The position numbers and the translations under genes are program-made. A stretch of 64,000 nucleotides of DNA from Candidatus Eiseniibacteriota bacterium (lineage in GTDB: Bacteria; Eisenbacteria; RBG-16-71-46): the NCBI GenBank assembly GCA_963717935.1, contig CAVQXP010000004.1, positions 224,001-288,000 on the forward strand, given 5' to 3'. Under the pieces are notes generated by a model that was not told the DNA's origin, did not search any database, and was given only the letters and a program-made list of their open reading frames with translations. Positions 31,092-39,396 of the stretch are shown piece by piece (the first letter of the stretch is position 1; the number at the start of each line of letters is the position of its first letter).

Positions 31092-32060
31092 CTACCGCGG
31101 AGCGACGGCGGCGCCCGCGGCCGGACGCGCAGCCGGCTCCGGGCCGGGCTGCGCCAGCTCCTGCTCGAGCAGGTCCGCCACCCGCCGGGTGAAGACCCCG
31201 GCTCCTTGACGGTTGAGGTGCGCCCGGTCGCGGTAGAGCGCGGCGTGCGCCAGCTCGGGATAGCGCTCGGGCGTCAGGTGGTGGAACGGCACGTCCAGAT
31301 CGCGCGCCACGCGCTCGAACTCGGCCATCGCCTGTGGGCCCACCCGGCCACCCCAGGTCGGGCTCTCGACGAAGACGATGCGCGCGCCATGGCCGCGGAC
31401 GTCGGCCACCAGCTGCCGCAGCTCGCGGCCGAACCAGGGCCCGAGACCGACGTCGGGGCGCGCGGGCCCTCCGGGCACGGCGTCCGCGGGCAGCGCGCCG
31501 TCGAGCGGCTCGAAGCCCCAGGTCATCGGCGGCGTGTCGCGGTTGGCCAGGATCGCGAGCATCAGGCCGTTGTACCGGTAGGCGTGGCTCGCGAGCTTCA
31601 CGCGGTTCCGCCAGTCGCGGCCGAGGATCCGGGTCACCGCCGCGTCGCGGCCGTAGAACGGCGACAGCAACTGGGCCGAGATCCGGTCGCGGTCCAGGTA
31701 GCTCACGTCGAAGACCACGAGCCGCGGCGGGTGGGCCGCGGCGGCCAGCGCCAGCAGCCCGCGCGAGAACACGACGCCGCGGCCATCGACCCCGGCGGCG
31801 AAGGTGCGCAGCCCGAGCCGTTCCGTGAGCGCGCGGTCGTCGTAGTGGTGGAGCGCCGTCGAGGCGCCGAGCACGAGCACGTCCGCGCGCGCGCGGATGG
31901 CCGAGTTCACCTGGCCCACCAGCTGCCCCTCGCCCACCGTGGCGTGGAGCGCGTCCAGCCACCGCCCGGCGCCCGCGTCGAGCAGCACGAGCAGCAGCGC
32001 GAACCCGAGCAGCCGCCCCGCCACCGTCCGCGCGCTCAACGTCGTCTCCCCGGTCACCAC
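31092..32060 (-). CDS. Membrane-anchored SGNH-like protein, partner of the MBOAT
   Basis: N-terminal TM helix; VLVLGAST (GxS-like block I) and YRDRAHLN (DxxH); follows the MBOAT gene. Confidence 0.7.
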   Translation of the reverse strand: MVTGETTLSARTVAGRLLGFALLLVLLDAGAGRWLDALHATVGEGQLVGQVNSAIRARADVLVLGASTALHHYDDRALTERLGLRTFAAGVDGRGVVFSRGLLALAAAAHPPRLVVFDVSYLDRDRISAQLLSPFYGRDAAVTRILGRDWRNRVKLASHAYRYNGLMLAILANRDTPPMTWGFEPLDGALPADAVPGGPARPDVGLGPWFGRELRQLVADVRGHGARIVFVESPTWGGRVGPQAMAEFERVARDLDVPFHHLTPERYPELAHAALYRDRAHLNRQGAGVFTRRVADLLEQELAQPGPEPAARPAAGAAVAPR

Positions 32061-32069
32061 GGTCTCCCT

Positions 32070-33458
32070 CTAGTACTTGAAGTAGATGAACGACAGCCCC
32101 GCCTGGGCGGCGAACATCACGATCAGGGACACGACCAGCAGCCCCAGCGCGAACGTCACCCAGGCCCGCCGCCGCAGCAGCCACTCGTCCAGCTGGAGCG
32201 GGTCCTTCACGATCTCGATGCCGATCATCAGCAGCAGCGGGAACAGCGCGTTCGCCAGCAACGGCTGGTTGAAGAACGGCCCCGGCCGGCCCAGCGCGCG
32301 CAGGGCCTCGCCCGCCTCGGCGAGCGAGCCCGCGCGGAAGAAGAGCCATGCGAACAGCGCCTGGTGGAACGTGACGATGATGGCGATCCAGCGCGCGATC
32401 CCGCGCCGGGGCGGCCGTTTCCCGCGCAGGCGCCAGATCAGCAGGTAGATCCCGTGCAGCGCGCCCCAGATCACGTAGGTCCAGGTCGCGCCGTGCCACA
32501 GGCCGCAGGCGAGGAACACCAGCAGGATGTTGCGCGCCTCGCGCGCGCCCGGCTCGAAGGCCCCGCCCAGCGGCAGGAAGACGTAGTCGCGCAGCCAGGT
32601 CGTGAGCGAGACGTGCCAGCGCCGCCAGAACTCCTGGATGTCGCGCGCCAGGTAGGGCGCCTGGAAGTTGAAGACCAGATCGATCCCCAGGAGCCGCGCG
32701 ATCCCGACCGCCATGTCGGAGTAGCCGCTGAAATCGCAGTAGATCTGGAAGGCGAACAGGTAGGTCGCGAGCACCATGCTCGCGCCGCTGTGGGCGGCCA
32801 GGTTGCCGTAGACCGCGTCCACGTAGGGCCCGAGGTTGTCCGCGACCACGACCTTCTTGAAAAGCCCCCACAGGATGAGGATCACGCCCCGGTAGACGTG
32901 CTCCGCCGTCACCCGCCGGGGGCGCCGGAGCTGCTCGAGCAGGTGGTCGTGCCGCTCGATCGGCCCGGCCAGCAGTACCGGGAAGAACGCCACGAAGCGC
33001 AGGTGGTCGAACGTGGAGACCACTTCCGTCCGGCGCCGGTAGACGTCGATCGTGTAGGCCATGGACTGGAAGGTGAAGAAGCTGAGGCCGACCGGCAGGA
33101 CGAGGTGGAGCAGGGGCAGCGACGGATGCAGGCCGAGCAGCCCGAGCAGGTCGCCGGCCGACTGGACGAAGAAGTCCAGGTACTTGAAGAGCCCCAGCAC
33201 GCCCAGATTGACGCACAGGCTCACGAGGAGCCACGCCCTGCGCCGGCCCGGGTCCTCGGTGGCGCCGATCCGCGCGGACGCGGTCGCGTCGGTGAGCGCC
33301 GACAGCAGCAGGAGGCCGAGGTAACGCCAGTCCCACCAGCCGTAGAAGACCAGGCTCGCGGCGAGCAGCATCAGGTTCTGCCCGCGGAACGGCAGCAGCC
33401 GGTACAGGAGCAGGACCGTCAGGAAGAAGACGAGGAAGTCGAGCGAGGAGAATGTCAT
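32070..33458 (-). CDS. MBOAT family O-acyltransferase (AlgI/DltB-like)
   Basis: LPVGLSFFTFQ, AGPIER, QIYCDFSGYSDMA, EFWRRWHVSL, GLWHGA, FIYFKY. Confidence 0.93.
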   Translation of the reverse strand: MTFSSLDFLVFFLTVLLLYRLLPFRGQNLMLLAASLVFYGWWDWRYLGLLLLSALTDATASARIGATEDPGRRRAWLLVSLCVNLGVLGLFKYLDFFVQSAGDLLGLLGLHPSLPLLHLVLPVGLSFFTFQSMAYTIDVYRRRTEVVSTFDHLRFVAFFPVLLAGPIERHDHLLEQLRRPRRVTAEHVYRGVILILWGLFKKVVVADNLGPYVDAVYGNLAAHSGASMVLATYLFAFQIYCDFSGYSDMAVGIARLLGIDLVFNFQAPYLARDIQEFWRRWHVSLTTWLRDYVFLPLGGAFEPGAREARNILLVFLACGLWHGATWTYVIWGALHGIYLLIWRLRGKRPPRRGIARWIAIIVTFHQALFAWLFFRAGSLAEAGEALRALGRPGPFFNQPLLANALFPLLLMIGIEIVKDPLQLDEWLLRRRAWVTFALGLLVVSLIVMFAAQAGLSFIYFKY

Positions 33459-33575
33459 CGGCGGCCTCCGGGCCACCGGCGCTCGGCTTTCGACGACATG
33501 CGGGACCCTCCTCGATCAGCGGAGGCCCGACAATAGCAGGAACCACGGTCGCGGAGGCAAGGACGGCGGGGAGCA

Positions 33576-33630
33576 CGTGTCCCCGCCCGAGCGGTGCCCT
33601 ACGGCGAGCAGGACCGCGACGGCCCGCTCC
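33576..33630 (+). repeat. 55-bp direct repeat, copy abutting the stop codon of the secreted-protein gene
   Basis: 54/55 identical to 34692-34746. Confidence 0.9.
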
Positions 33631-34278
33631 CTACCGGTAGAGCGACTTGAGCTTCCCCCAGGTCGTCAGCGATGTCGATACGACGGACGACGAACTGACA
33701 CGAAGCACTCCAAGGATCTCCTTCCCCTGCTGGCCGTCCGGCACCTGGACGATGTCCACCTGCACCGGGAAGCGAACCTCCTGGCCACCGAGTGTCATGG
33801 TGATGTCGTAGCACGACGTACCCGCGTAGTCCTGCGGATAGCCAACCATGCACCAAAGCTGCCAGCCGGTCAGCGCCGGAGTGTTCCGGAACACTTCCTC
33901 CGGGCTCAGCATGGTCAGCAGGGTGTCGTTTTCGACATCCACGCAGCCAACCGCCTCATCCGGAAGAAGATCCGAGTCGAGTTCGGCTGACGACGATCCC
34001 ATCATGAAGCTGTACGGTCCCCACGGGATGTACCCCGAGGTCAAGACCCCGGTAACCTGCGCACCGTTGATCTCGGAACCGGCGATCGGCGCCGATCCGG
34101 TGTTCACGATCAGACCGCACGAGAGGCTGATGCCGCCACCGATCGCGATCGGGTCCAGGTAAGCCTTCACCAGGACGTGGTTGATGACGACCACGTCGAG
34201 GCGATCCGCAGCCTCCGCAGCGCCCCCTGCCAGCGTGCAGACCACGAACAGCGCTCCAGCCCAGATGTTCCGCGTCAT
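33631..34278 (-). CDS. Secreted hypothetical protein with C-terminal TTWGKLKSLYR motif
   Basis: Signal peptide ending AAEA; lower GC than neighbours; GGGAGGGG RBS; C-terminal TWG-x-x-K-x-x-YR. Confidence 0.8.
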   Translation of the reverse strand: MTRNIWAGALFVVCTLAGGAAEAADRLDVVVINHVLVKAYLDPIAIGGGISLSCGLIVNTGSAPIAGSEINGAQVTGVLTSGYIPWGPYSFMMGSSSAELDSDLLPDEAVGCVDVENDTLLTMLSPEEVFRNTPALTGWQLWCMVGYPQDYAGTSCYDITMTLGGQEVRFPVQVDIVQVPDGQQGKEILGVLRVSSSSVVSTSLTTWGKLKSLYR

Positions 34279-34613
34279 GGACAGGCCCCTCCCCCGGTTC
34301 TCCCTGCCCGGTCCGACCGTGACATGCACATCGCCAAGCGCAGTCCTCCCGAAGAGACCGGTCCGCGCTCGGTGAGGCAATGCAGGGTCGTCCTTGAGCC
34401 GGGAAAGCGCGGCCGAAACAGCAGGCGGGGGATCAGCACTCCCAGGGACCCAGGACGCCGTGCTCAGATGACCCTACGCCTTGACCTCGGACTGGTCCAT
34501 GCAAGTCTTCGTTGGAGGCTCAGGGCCGGGCCGGTTGCACGCGGGTCGCGTCCCGCCTCGCCAGAGCGGGGCCTGCCTGCCTCAGGGTCGTCCACCCGCG
34601 GTGCTGGAGCCGC

Positions 34614-35453
34614 TCATCGCGCCCCACGGCGCCCGGGCCGCGGCGGCGCCCCTCGCGCGACGCGCTCCAGCGCGGCGCTGATCCCGCGCAGCGTGTCCCC
34701 GCCCGAGCGGTGCCCTACCGCGAGCAGGACCGCGACGGCCCGCTCCAGCGCCTTCGCACCCGGCTTCGGCAATGCCAGCGTCTCCAGCACCCCCAGCACC
34801 GGCTCCGCGTAGAAGCCCGCCTGCGCGGCGTCGAGCATCTGCGCCGCGAGGCGCGTGGTGCGGGACGTGCCCCGCTCGAGCTCCGCGCCCAGCCGCTCGC
34901 GCAGGGCGGCCGCGGCGCCCGATGCCTCGCGCGCCGCGTCGAGCCCGGCCAGCACGCCCACGAGCACGTCGTCCCCGGAGGGCGTGAGCCCCTCGCCCAA
35001 CCCGACCAGCGTGGCGAGGCCCCGGACCTCGCCACCCGCCCGGAAGCGCTCGAGCGCGGCGGCGAGCGCGGGCTCGAAGGATGGGGCCGTCGGCTGTGCC
35101 GCCGCACCCCGCGCGAGCGTCCGCAGCCCGGCGGCGGGCAGCGCGCGCAACCGGCGCCGCAGCCGCAGGTCCACGACCTCGAGCCCCGCCAGCTCGATCC
35201 TCAGCGCCCCCGCCTCGACCACGCCGTCCGCGACGCGCACCGGCGCACCCTCGGCGATGCGCCCGAGGTCGCGCCGGGTGAGCGGGACGGCGACGGACCA
35301 GGGATGCAGGGGCGACTTCGCGGGCAGCAGGGCCACCAGCGGACCATCGTCGAGCAGCAGGTTGACCGCCCGGGCGTGGACCGAGACGACGAAGCCGCGC
35401 CGGTCGCCGATCAGCGCTTCGGCGGCGAAGGGTCCGGCGCGGCGGGCGCTCAT
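34614..35453 (-). CDS. DUF2877 protein (YahE/YlbF/AllH-like)
   Basis: LVGLGEGLTPSGDDVLVG and VGHRSGGD motifs. Confidence 0.85.
   Translation of the reverse strand: MSARRAGPFAAEALIGDRRGFVVSVHARAVNLLLDDGPLVALLPAKSPLHPWSVAVPLTRRDLGRIAEGAPVRVADGVVEAGALRIELAGLEVVDLRLRRRLRALPAAGLRTLARGAAAQPTAPSFEPALAAALERFRAGGEVRGLATLVGLGEGLTPSGDDVLVGVLAGLDAAREASGAAAALRERLGAELERGTSRTTRLAAQMLDAAQAGFYAEPVLGVLETLALPKPGAKALERAVAVLLAVGHRSGGDTLRGISAALERVARGAPPRPGRRGAR
34692..34746 (+). repeat. 55-bp direct repeat, copy inside the 3' end of the DUF2877 gene
   Basis: 54/55 identical to 33576-33630; encodes ERAVAVLLAVGHRSGGDT. Confidence 0.9.
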
Positions 35454-35467
35454 CGCTTCGGCGCGGC

Positions 35468-36376
35468 TCAGCGCTTCGGCTTGCGCTTCGCCGCGGCTCC
35501 CCGGGCCGGCGTGGGCCTGCGGCCGTGCAGTTGCGGCGCCAACGCCCCGGCGATGTCGCCGTACTTCGTGAGCTTGCACTTCGCCTTGATCTTCATGAGC
35601 TGCTCGTAGCGCTTGTCGTCCACGAACGCCACGATGCGCGAGATCGAGGACTCGCCGTCCACGAAGCGCCAGGGGAAGCAGCCGACCTCCACGCGCTGGT
35701 TCAGCAGCAGGTCGATGTCCCCGCCCAGGCACTCGGCGTGGATGATGCCCTTGTTGAACATCTCGAGGTGCATCAACTGGTACTTGCTGTCGTCGAAGAA
35801 CTCGGCCAGCGGCTTGCCGTACTTGGCCCGGAAGTGCTGGTCGGCCTGGCGCGCCTGGCGGGGCATCCAGTCGCGGATGATGGTGTTCATCGGGTGGTCG
35901 GCGCTGCCGCAATCCACGCCGATCCAGCGCAGCTTCTTCTTCTTGGCCCACTGGGCGAACTCCCGGTCCGGCCCCGGGTGCTTGACCATGTAGGCGATCT
36001 CGTCGGCCGTGGGCTGGTCCCAGCCGTGGTGGTGGAAGCCGGTGTGGATGATGAGGATGTCGCCGGTGCGGACCTCGACGCGCTCCTCGACCATCTTCGA
36101 GGTGTAGACGTCGTAGGCGCCGCACACGTCCGAGAGGTCCACGATCGCCGCGTCGTGCACCAGGAAGTCCAGGTCGAGCGAGGCGATGTCCTTGCCCGGC
36201 GTGTAGAAGTGGATCTCGCCGTCGAGGTGCGTGCCGAGGTGGTTCGAGTGCGTGAGCAACTGGCCGTTGGCGCCGTTGGGCGCGAGCCGCTTGAAGTACT
36301 TGATCTGCAGCGGCTCGTAGGTCGGCCAGGCCGGCGTGCCGATGCCGAGGGGGATGGTGAGGTCGATGAGCTTCAT
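35468..36376 (-). CDS. Cyclase family metal-dependent amidohydrolase (KynB/isatin hydrolase-like)
   Basis: MKLIDLT, NHLGTHLD (HxGTHxD), GDILIIHTG, IGVD, IHAECL. Confidence 0.88.
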   Translation of the reverse strand: MKLIDLTIPLGIGTPAWPTYEPLQIKYFKRLAPNGANGQLLTHSNHLGTHLDGEIHFYTPGKDIASLDLDFLVHDAAIVDLSDVCGAYDVYTSKMVEERVEVRTGDILIIHTGFHHHGWDQPTADEIAYMVKHPGPDREFAQWAKKKKLRWIGVDCGSADHPMNTIIRDWMPRQARQADQHFRAKYGKPLAEFFDDSKYQLMHLEMFNKGIIHAECLGGDIDLLLNQRVEVGCFPWRFVDGESSISRIVAFVDDKRYEQLMKIKAKCKLTKYGDIAGALAPQLHGRRPTPARGAAAKRKPKR

Positions 36377-36402
36377 GGTCTCCTCCGAAGCGTGACGGCG
36401 CG

Positions 36403-37854
36403 TCAGGCCCTGGCGGCCGGCGCGCCGAGCGACTCTGCGAACGCGAGCAGCGCCTGGCGGAAGCACGCGAGCGGCGGCTTCACCAGGCCGGCGCCCACCA
36501 TGCCGATGCCGGGCTGCTTGTGCGCGATGCCGGTGTTGACGACCGGCACGACGCCGCTCTCGACCACCTTGAGCAGGTCGATGCCGGTCGCCGTGCCGCG
36601 GAAATCGAGCGCCGGGATCTTGTAGACCGGGTGCTCGGCGAGCGTGATGTCGTACATGCGGCGCGTGTAGCCGAGCGCCTGCGCGGCGCTGCCGCCCACG
36701 AACTGGACGATGGCGGGCGCGGCGGCCATGGCCATGCCCCCGAGCCCGGCCGTCTCGGTGATGACCGAGTCGCCGATGTCGGGCGCGGCGTCCGCGGCGC
36801 TGAAGCCCGGCAGGTAGAGCCCGTCCACCATGGGCGCGGGGGCCGTGAACCAGCGCCCGGGAAGCCCCGACACCTGGATGCCGAAGTCGGTCCCGTTGCG
36901 CGCCATGACGCTGACCATGGCCGAGAGCGGGATGCCGGCCGCCGGGTCGAGCGAGCACTTGCTCGCCGCCATGGAGAGATTCAGGAAGAAGTGGTCGTTG
37001 CCGTCGAGGAAGCGCAGGACCGCCGCGATGTCGTCGGCGCCGGCCTTGATCCTCACCAGGTGCGGCGCCAGCGCACGGATGAGCAGCGAGGTGGCCGCGC
37101 GGTTGCGGTTGTGCACCTCGTCGCCCATCTGGAGCGCCTGGGCGATGACGTTGCGCAGGTCGAGCGGCCCGTGCGAGGCCAGCGCCTCGCGCAGCGCAGG
37201 GGCCAGCACCTGCTCCATCCAGCGCAGGCGCACGAGGACCTCGTCGTCGTAGGCGCCGTAGCGCAGCACCTTGCCGAGCCCCTCGTTGAGCGTGGAGAAG
37301 GCGCGGTTGCCGAAGGCCGTGTTCTCGAGAATCCACACCGGCATCGAGGCGGTGACCACGCCGGCCATCGGCCCCACCGTGGCGTGGTGGTGGCAGGGCG
37401 CGAACGCCACCTTGCCCGAGGCCGCGAGCCGCGCGGCCTCCTCGGGCGTCTTCGCCAGCCCTTCGTAGACCAGGCCGCCCATCACCGCGCCGCGCGTCGG
37501 CCCGCTCATGCGCTCCCACTCGACCGGCGGGCCGGCGTGGAGCACGAGGTCCCGGCGCATGCCGGGGACGGCGTCGAGCGCCGTGCCGATGCCGACGATG
37601 ACCGGCCGGGCCGCGAGCAGCCGCTCGACCGACTGGCGGGTCGCCGCGGCGATGTCGGCGCGCACCGCGCCGTCCGCGCCGAGGCAGGCGTCGAGCGCGG
37701 CGAGCACCGCGGGGTCGCCGCCCGCGGGGGGCCGCCAGTCCACGTCCACCGCGCTGCCGCCCGCGCGGCGCAGGTCGGTCGCGAAGGAGGCCAGGCCGAC
37801 ATTCACGACCGACAGCTCCGCGCCGAAGAGCGCGAGCACCTGCTCGACGTTCAT
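36403..37854 (-). CDS. DUF1116 protein (YahG/YlbE/AllG-like) with N-terminal extension domain
   Basis: VLHAGPP, VGPMAG, NEGLGKVLRYGA, MGDEVHNRN, NDHFFLNL, DIGDSVITE, NTGIAH. Confidence 0.9.
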   Translation of the reverse strand: MNVEQVLALFGAELSVVNVGLASFATDLRRAGGSAVDVDWRPPAGGDPAVLAALDACLGADGAVRADIAAATRQSVERLLAARPVIVGIGTALDAVPGMRRDLVLHAGPPVEWERMSGPTRGAVMGGLVYEGLAKTPEEAARLAASGKVAFAPCHHHATVGPMAGVVTASMPVWILENTAFGNRAFSTLNEGLGKVLRYGAYDDEVLVRLRWMEQVLAPALREALASHGPLDLRNVIAQALQMGDEVHNRNRAATSLLIRALAPHLVRIKAGADDIAAVLRFLDGNDHFFLNLSMAASKCSLDPAAGIPLSAMVSVMARNGTDFGIQVSGLPGRWFTAPAPMVDGLYLPGFSAADAAPDIGDSVITETAGLGGMAMAAAPAIVQFVGGSAAQALGYTRRMYDITLAEHPVYKIPALDFRGTATGIDLLKVVESGVVPVVNTGIAHKQPGIGMVGAGLVKPPLACFRQALLAFAESLGAPAARA

Positions 37855-39386
37855 CGCCCGGCCCCCCCCAGCACGGCGGCGGCGAACAGGGCCGCGCGCC
37901 GGTTGTCCGTTTCGACGGTCACTCCGGCGTCCGCGAGCCGGCGCACCTGCGCGTCGTAGCCCTGCGGGTCCTCGCCCGTGCCCGTGACCGAGGCGACCGC
38001 CACCAGTTCGCGCCCCTGCGCCCGGCGCCGCGCCTGGTCCACGCCCGCGGCCAGCACGCCCGCCGGGTCCGGGTGCGAGCCGTAGCCGATCACGCAGTCG
38101 AACAGCAGCAGCCCGGCCGCGGGATCGGCCGACTCGACCGCGAGCCGCTCGTTGCGCAGCACCGGCTCGATCATCGGGTGCGGCCGGCCCCGCGTGAACA
38201 CGTCGTCGCCCAGGTCGAGCAGCACGTGGCCCGGCACCGGCTCGACGCCGTCCACCCGCAGCGCGCCCTGCTTGTGCAGGTTCGAGCGCACCTCGAGCCC
38301 GGCGCGCGCGAGCAGGGCGAGCGCCTCCTGCCCGGTCGTGCCACCGCAGAACAGCGCCTTGAGCGCCGCGCCCGGCCGCAGGAGCGCCGCGGCCGACGCG
38401 ACGCACGACGCATCCGCGACCGGCGGCGGCGGCGTGAAGGCGAGACCGCTCAGCCGGCAGGCCAGCTCCGCCGCGCCGGCCAGCGAATCGGCGAAGACGA
38501 TCCCGTGGGCCGGGTCCTCCGGGCGCGGGGCGTCGCCCACGAAGTGGATCACGCAGGGCTTCGGCGTCGCCGCCAGCGCCGCGACCACCTGTTCCGCCAC
38601 CGCCGGAGCCGGCGGCTTCGAGATCACGACGATCACCTTCGTCTCCGGGTCGGCCGCGAGCGCCTCGATGCCCAGCCGCATCATGAGCCCGCCCACCGCG
38701 GCCGAGAGGTCGCGTCCGCCCGTGCCGATGGCCTGCGAGACGCCACCGCCGAGACGATGGACCAGGCTCGAGACCTCCTGGATGCCCGTGCCCGCCGCGC
38801 CCACGATACCGATGGGACCGCGCCGCACGGCGTTGGCGAAGGCGAGCGGCCGGCCGTCGAGGATGGCGGTGCCGCAGTCGGGGCCCATCATCAGCAGCCC
38901 GCGCGCCGCCGCCTCGCGCTTGAGCGCGACCTCGTCCTCGAGCGTCACGTTGTCCGAGAAGAGCATCACGTGCCGGCCCAGCGCAAGCGCGCGCCGCGCC
39001 TCGCGCGCGGCGTGCTCGCCGGGCACCGAGATGAGGACGAGGTTGGCCTCCGGGTGGGCCCGCACGGCCGCCGCGAGCGACGCCGGACGCGTCTCCTCGT
39101 CCGCGCCCGCGTCGGGCCGGGCCTGCAGCAACCGCTCCAGCTCCGCCTCGACCGCCGCCGGCGAGCCGGCCGCGCCCTTCACCGCGATGAGCAGGTCGTT
39201 GGGCGTGGCCACCGCGAGCGCGGGCCCGCCGTAGCCCTGCGCGCCGAGCAGGTCGCGGTTCTGCGGCGTGCCCATGGCGACCACCGCGTCCTCGACGCCC
39301 GCGAGGCCCTTCAGGGCCTGCGAGACCCGCATCAGGAGCACGGAGTCGTGATACGAGTCCCTGCGGACCAGCACGAAGGCAGCCAC
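37851..39386 (-). CDS. fdrA: FdrA/YahF family acyl-CoA synthetase-like protein
   Basis: YHDSVLLM, AMGTPQN, FSDNV, MMGPDCGT, GTGGRDLS, GGT, DLGDD, GRPHPMI. Confidence 0.9.
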   Translation of the reverse strand: MAAFVLVRRDSYHDSVLLMRVSQALKGLAGVEDAVVAMGTPQNRDLLGAQGYGGPALAVATPNDLLIAVKGAAGSPAAVEAELERLLQARPDAGADEETRPASLAAAVRAHPEANLVLISVPGEHAAREARRALALGRHVMLFSDNVTLEDEVALKREAAARGLLMMGPDCGTAILDGRPLAFANAVRRGPIGIVGAAGTGIQEVSSLVHRLGGGVSQAIGTGGRDLSAAVGGLMMRLGIEALAADPETKVIVVISKPPAPAVAEQVVAALAATPKPCVIHFVGDAPRPEDPAHGIVFADSLAGAAELACRLSGLAFTPPPPVADASCVASAAALLRPGAALKALFCGGTTGQEALALLARAGLEVRSNLHKQGALRVDGVEPVPGHVLLDLGDDVFTRGRPHPMIEPVLRNERLAVESADPAAGLLLFDCVIGYGSHPDPAGVLAAGVDQARRRAQGRELVAVASVTGTGEDPQGYDAQVRRLADAGVTVETDNRRAALFAAAVLGGAGR

Positions 39387-39396
39387 GTCTCCCCCG

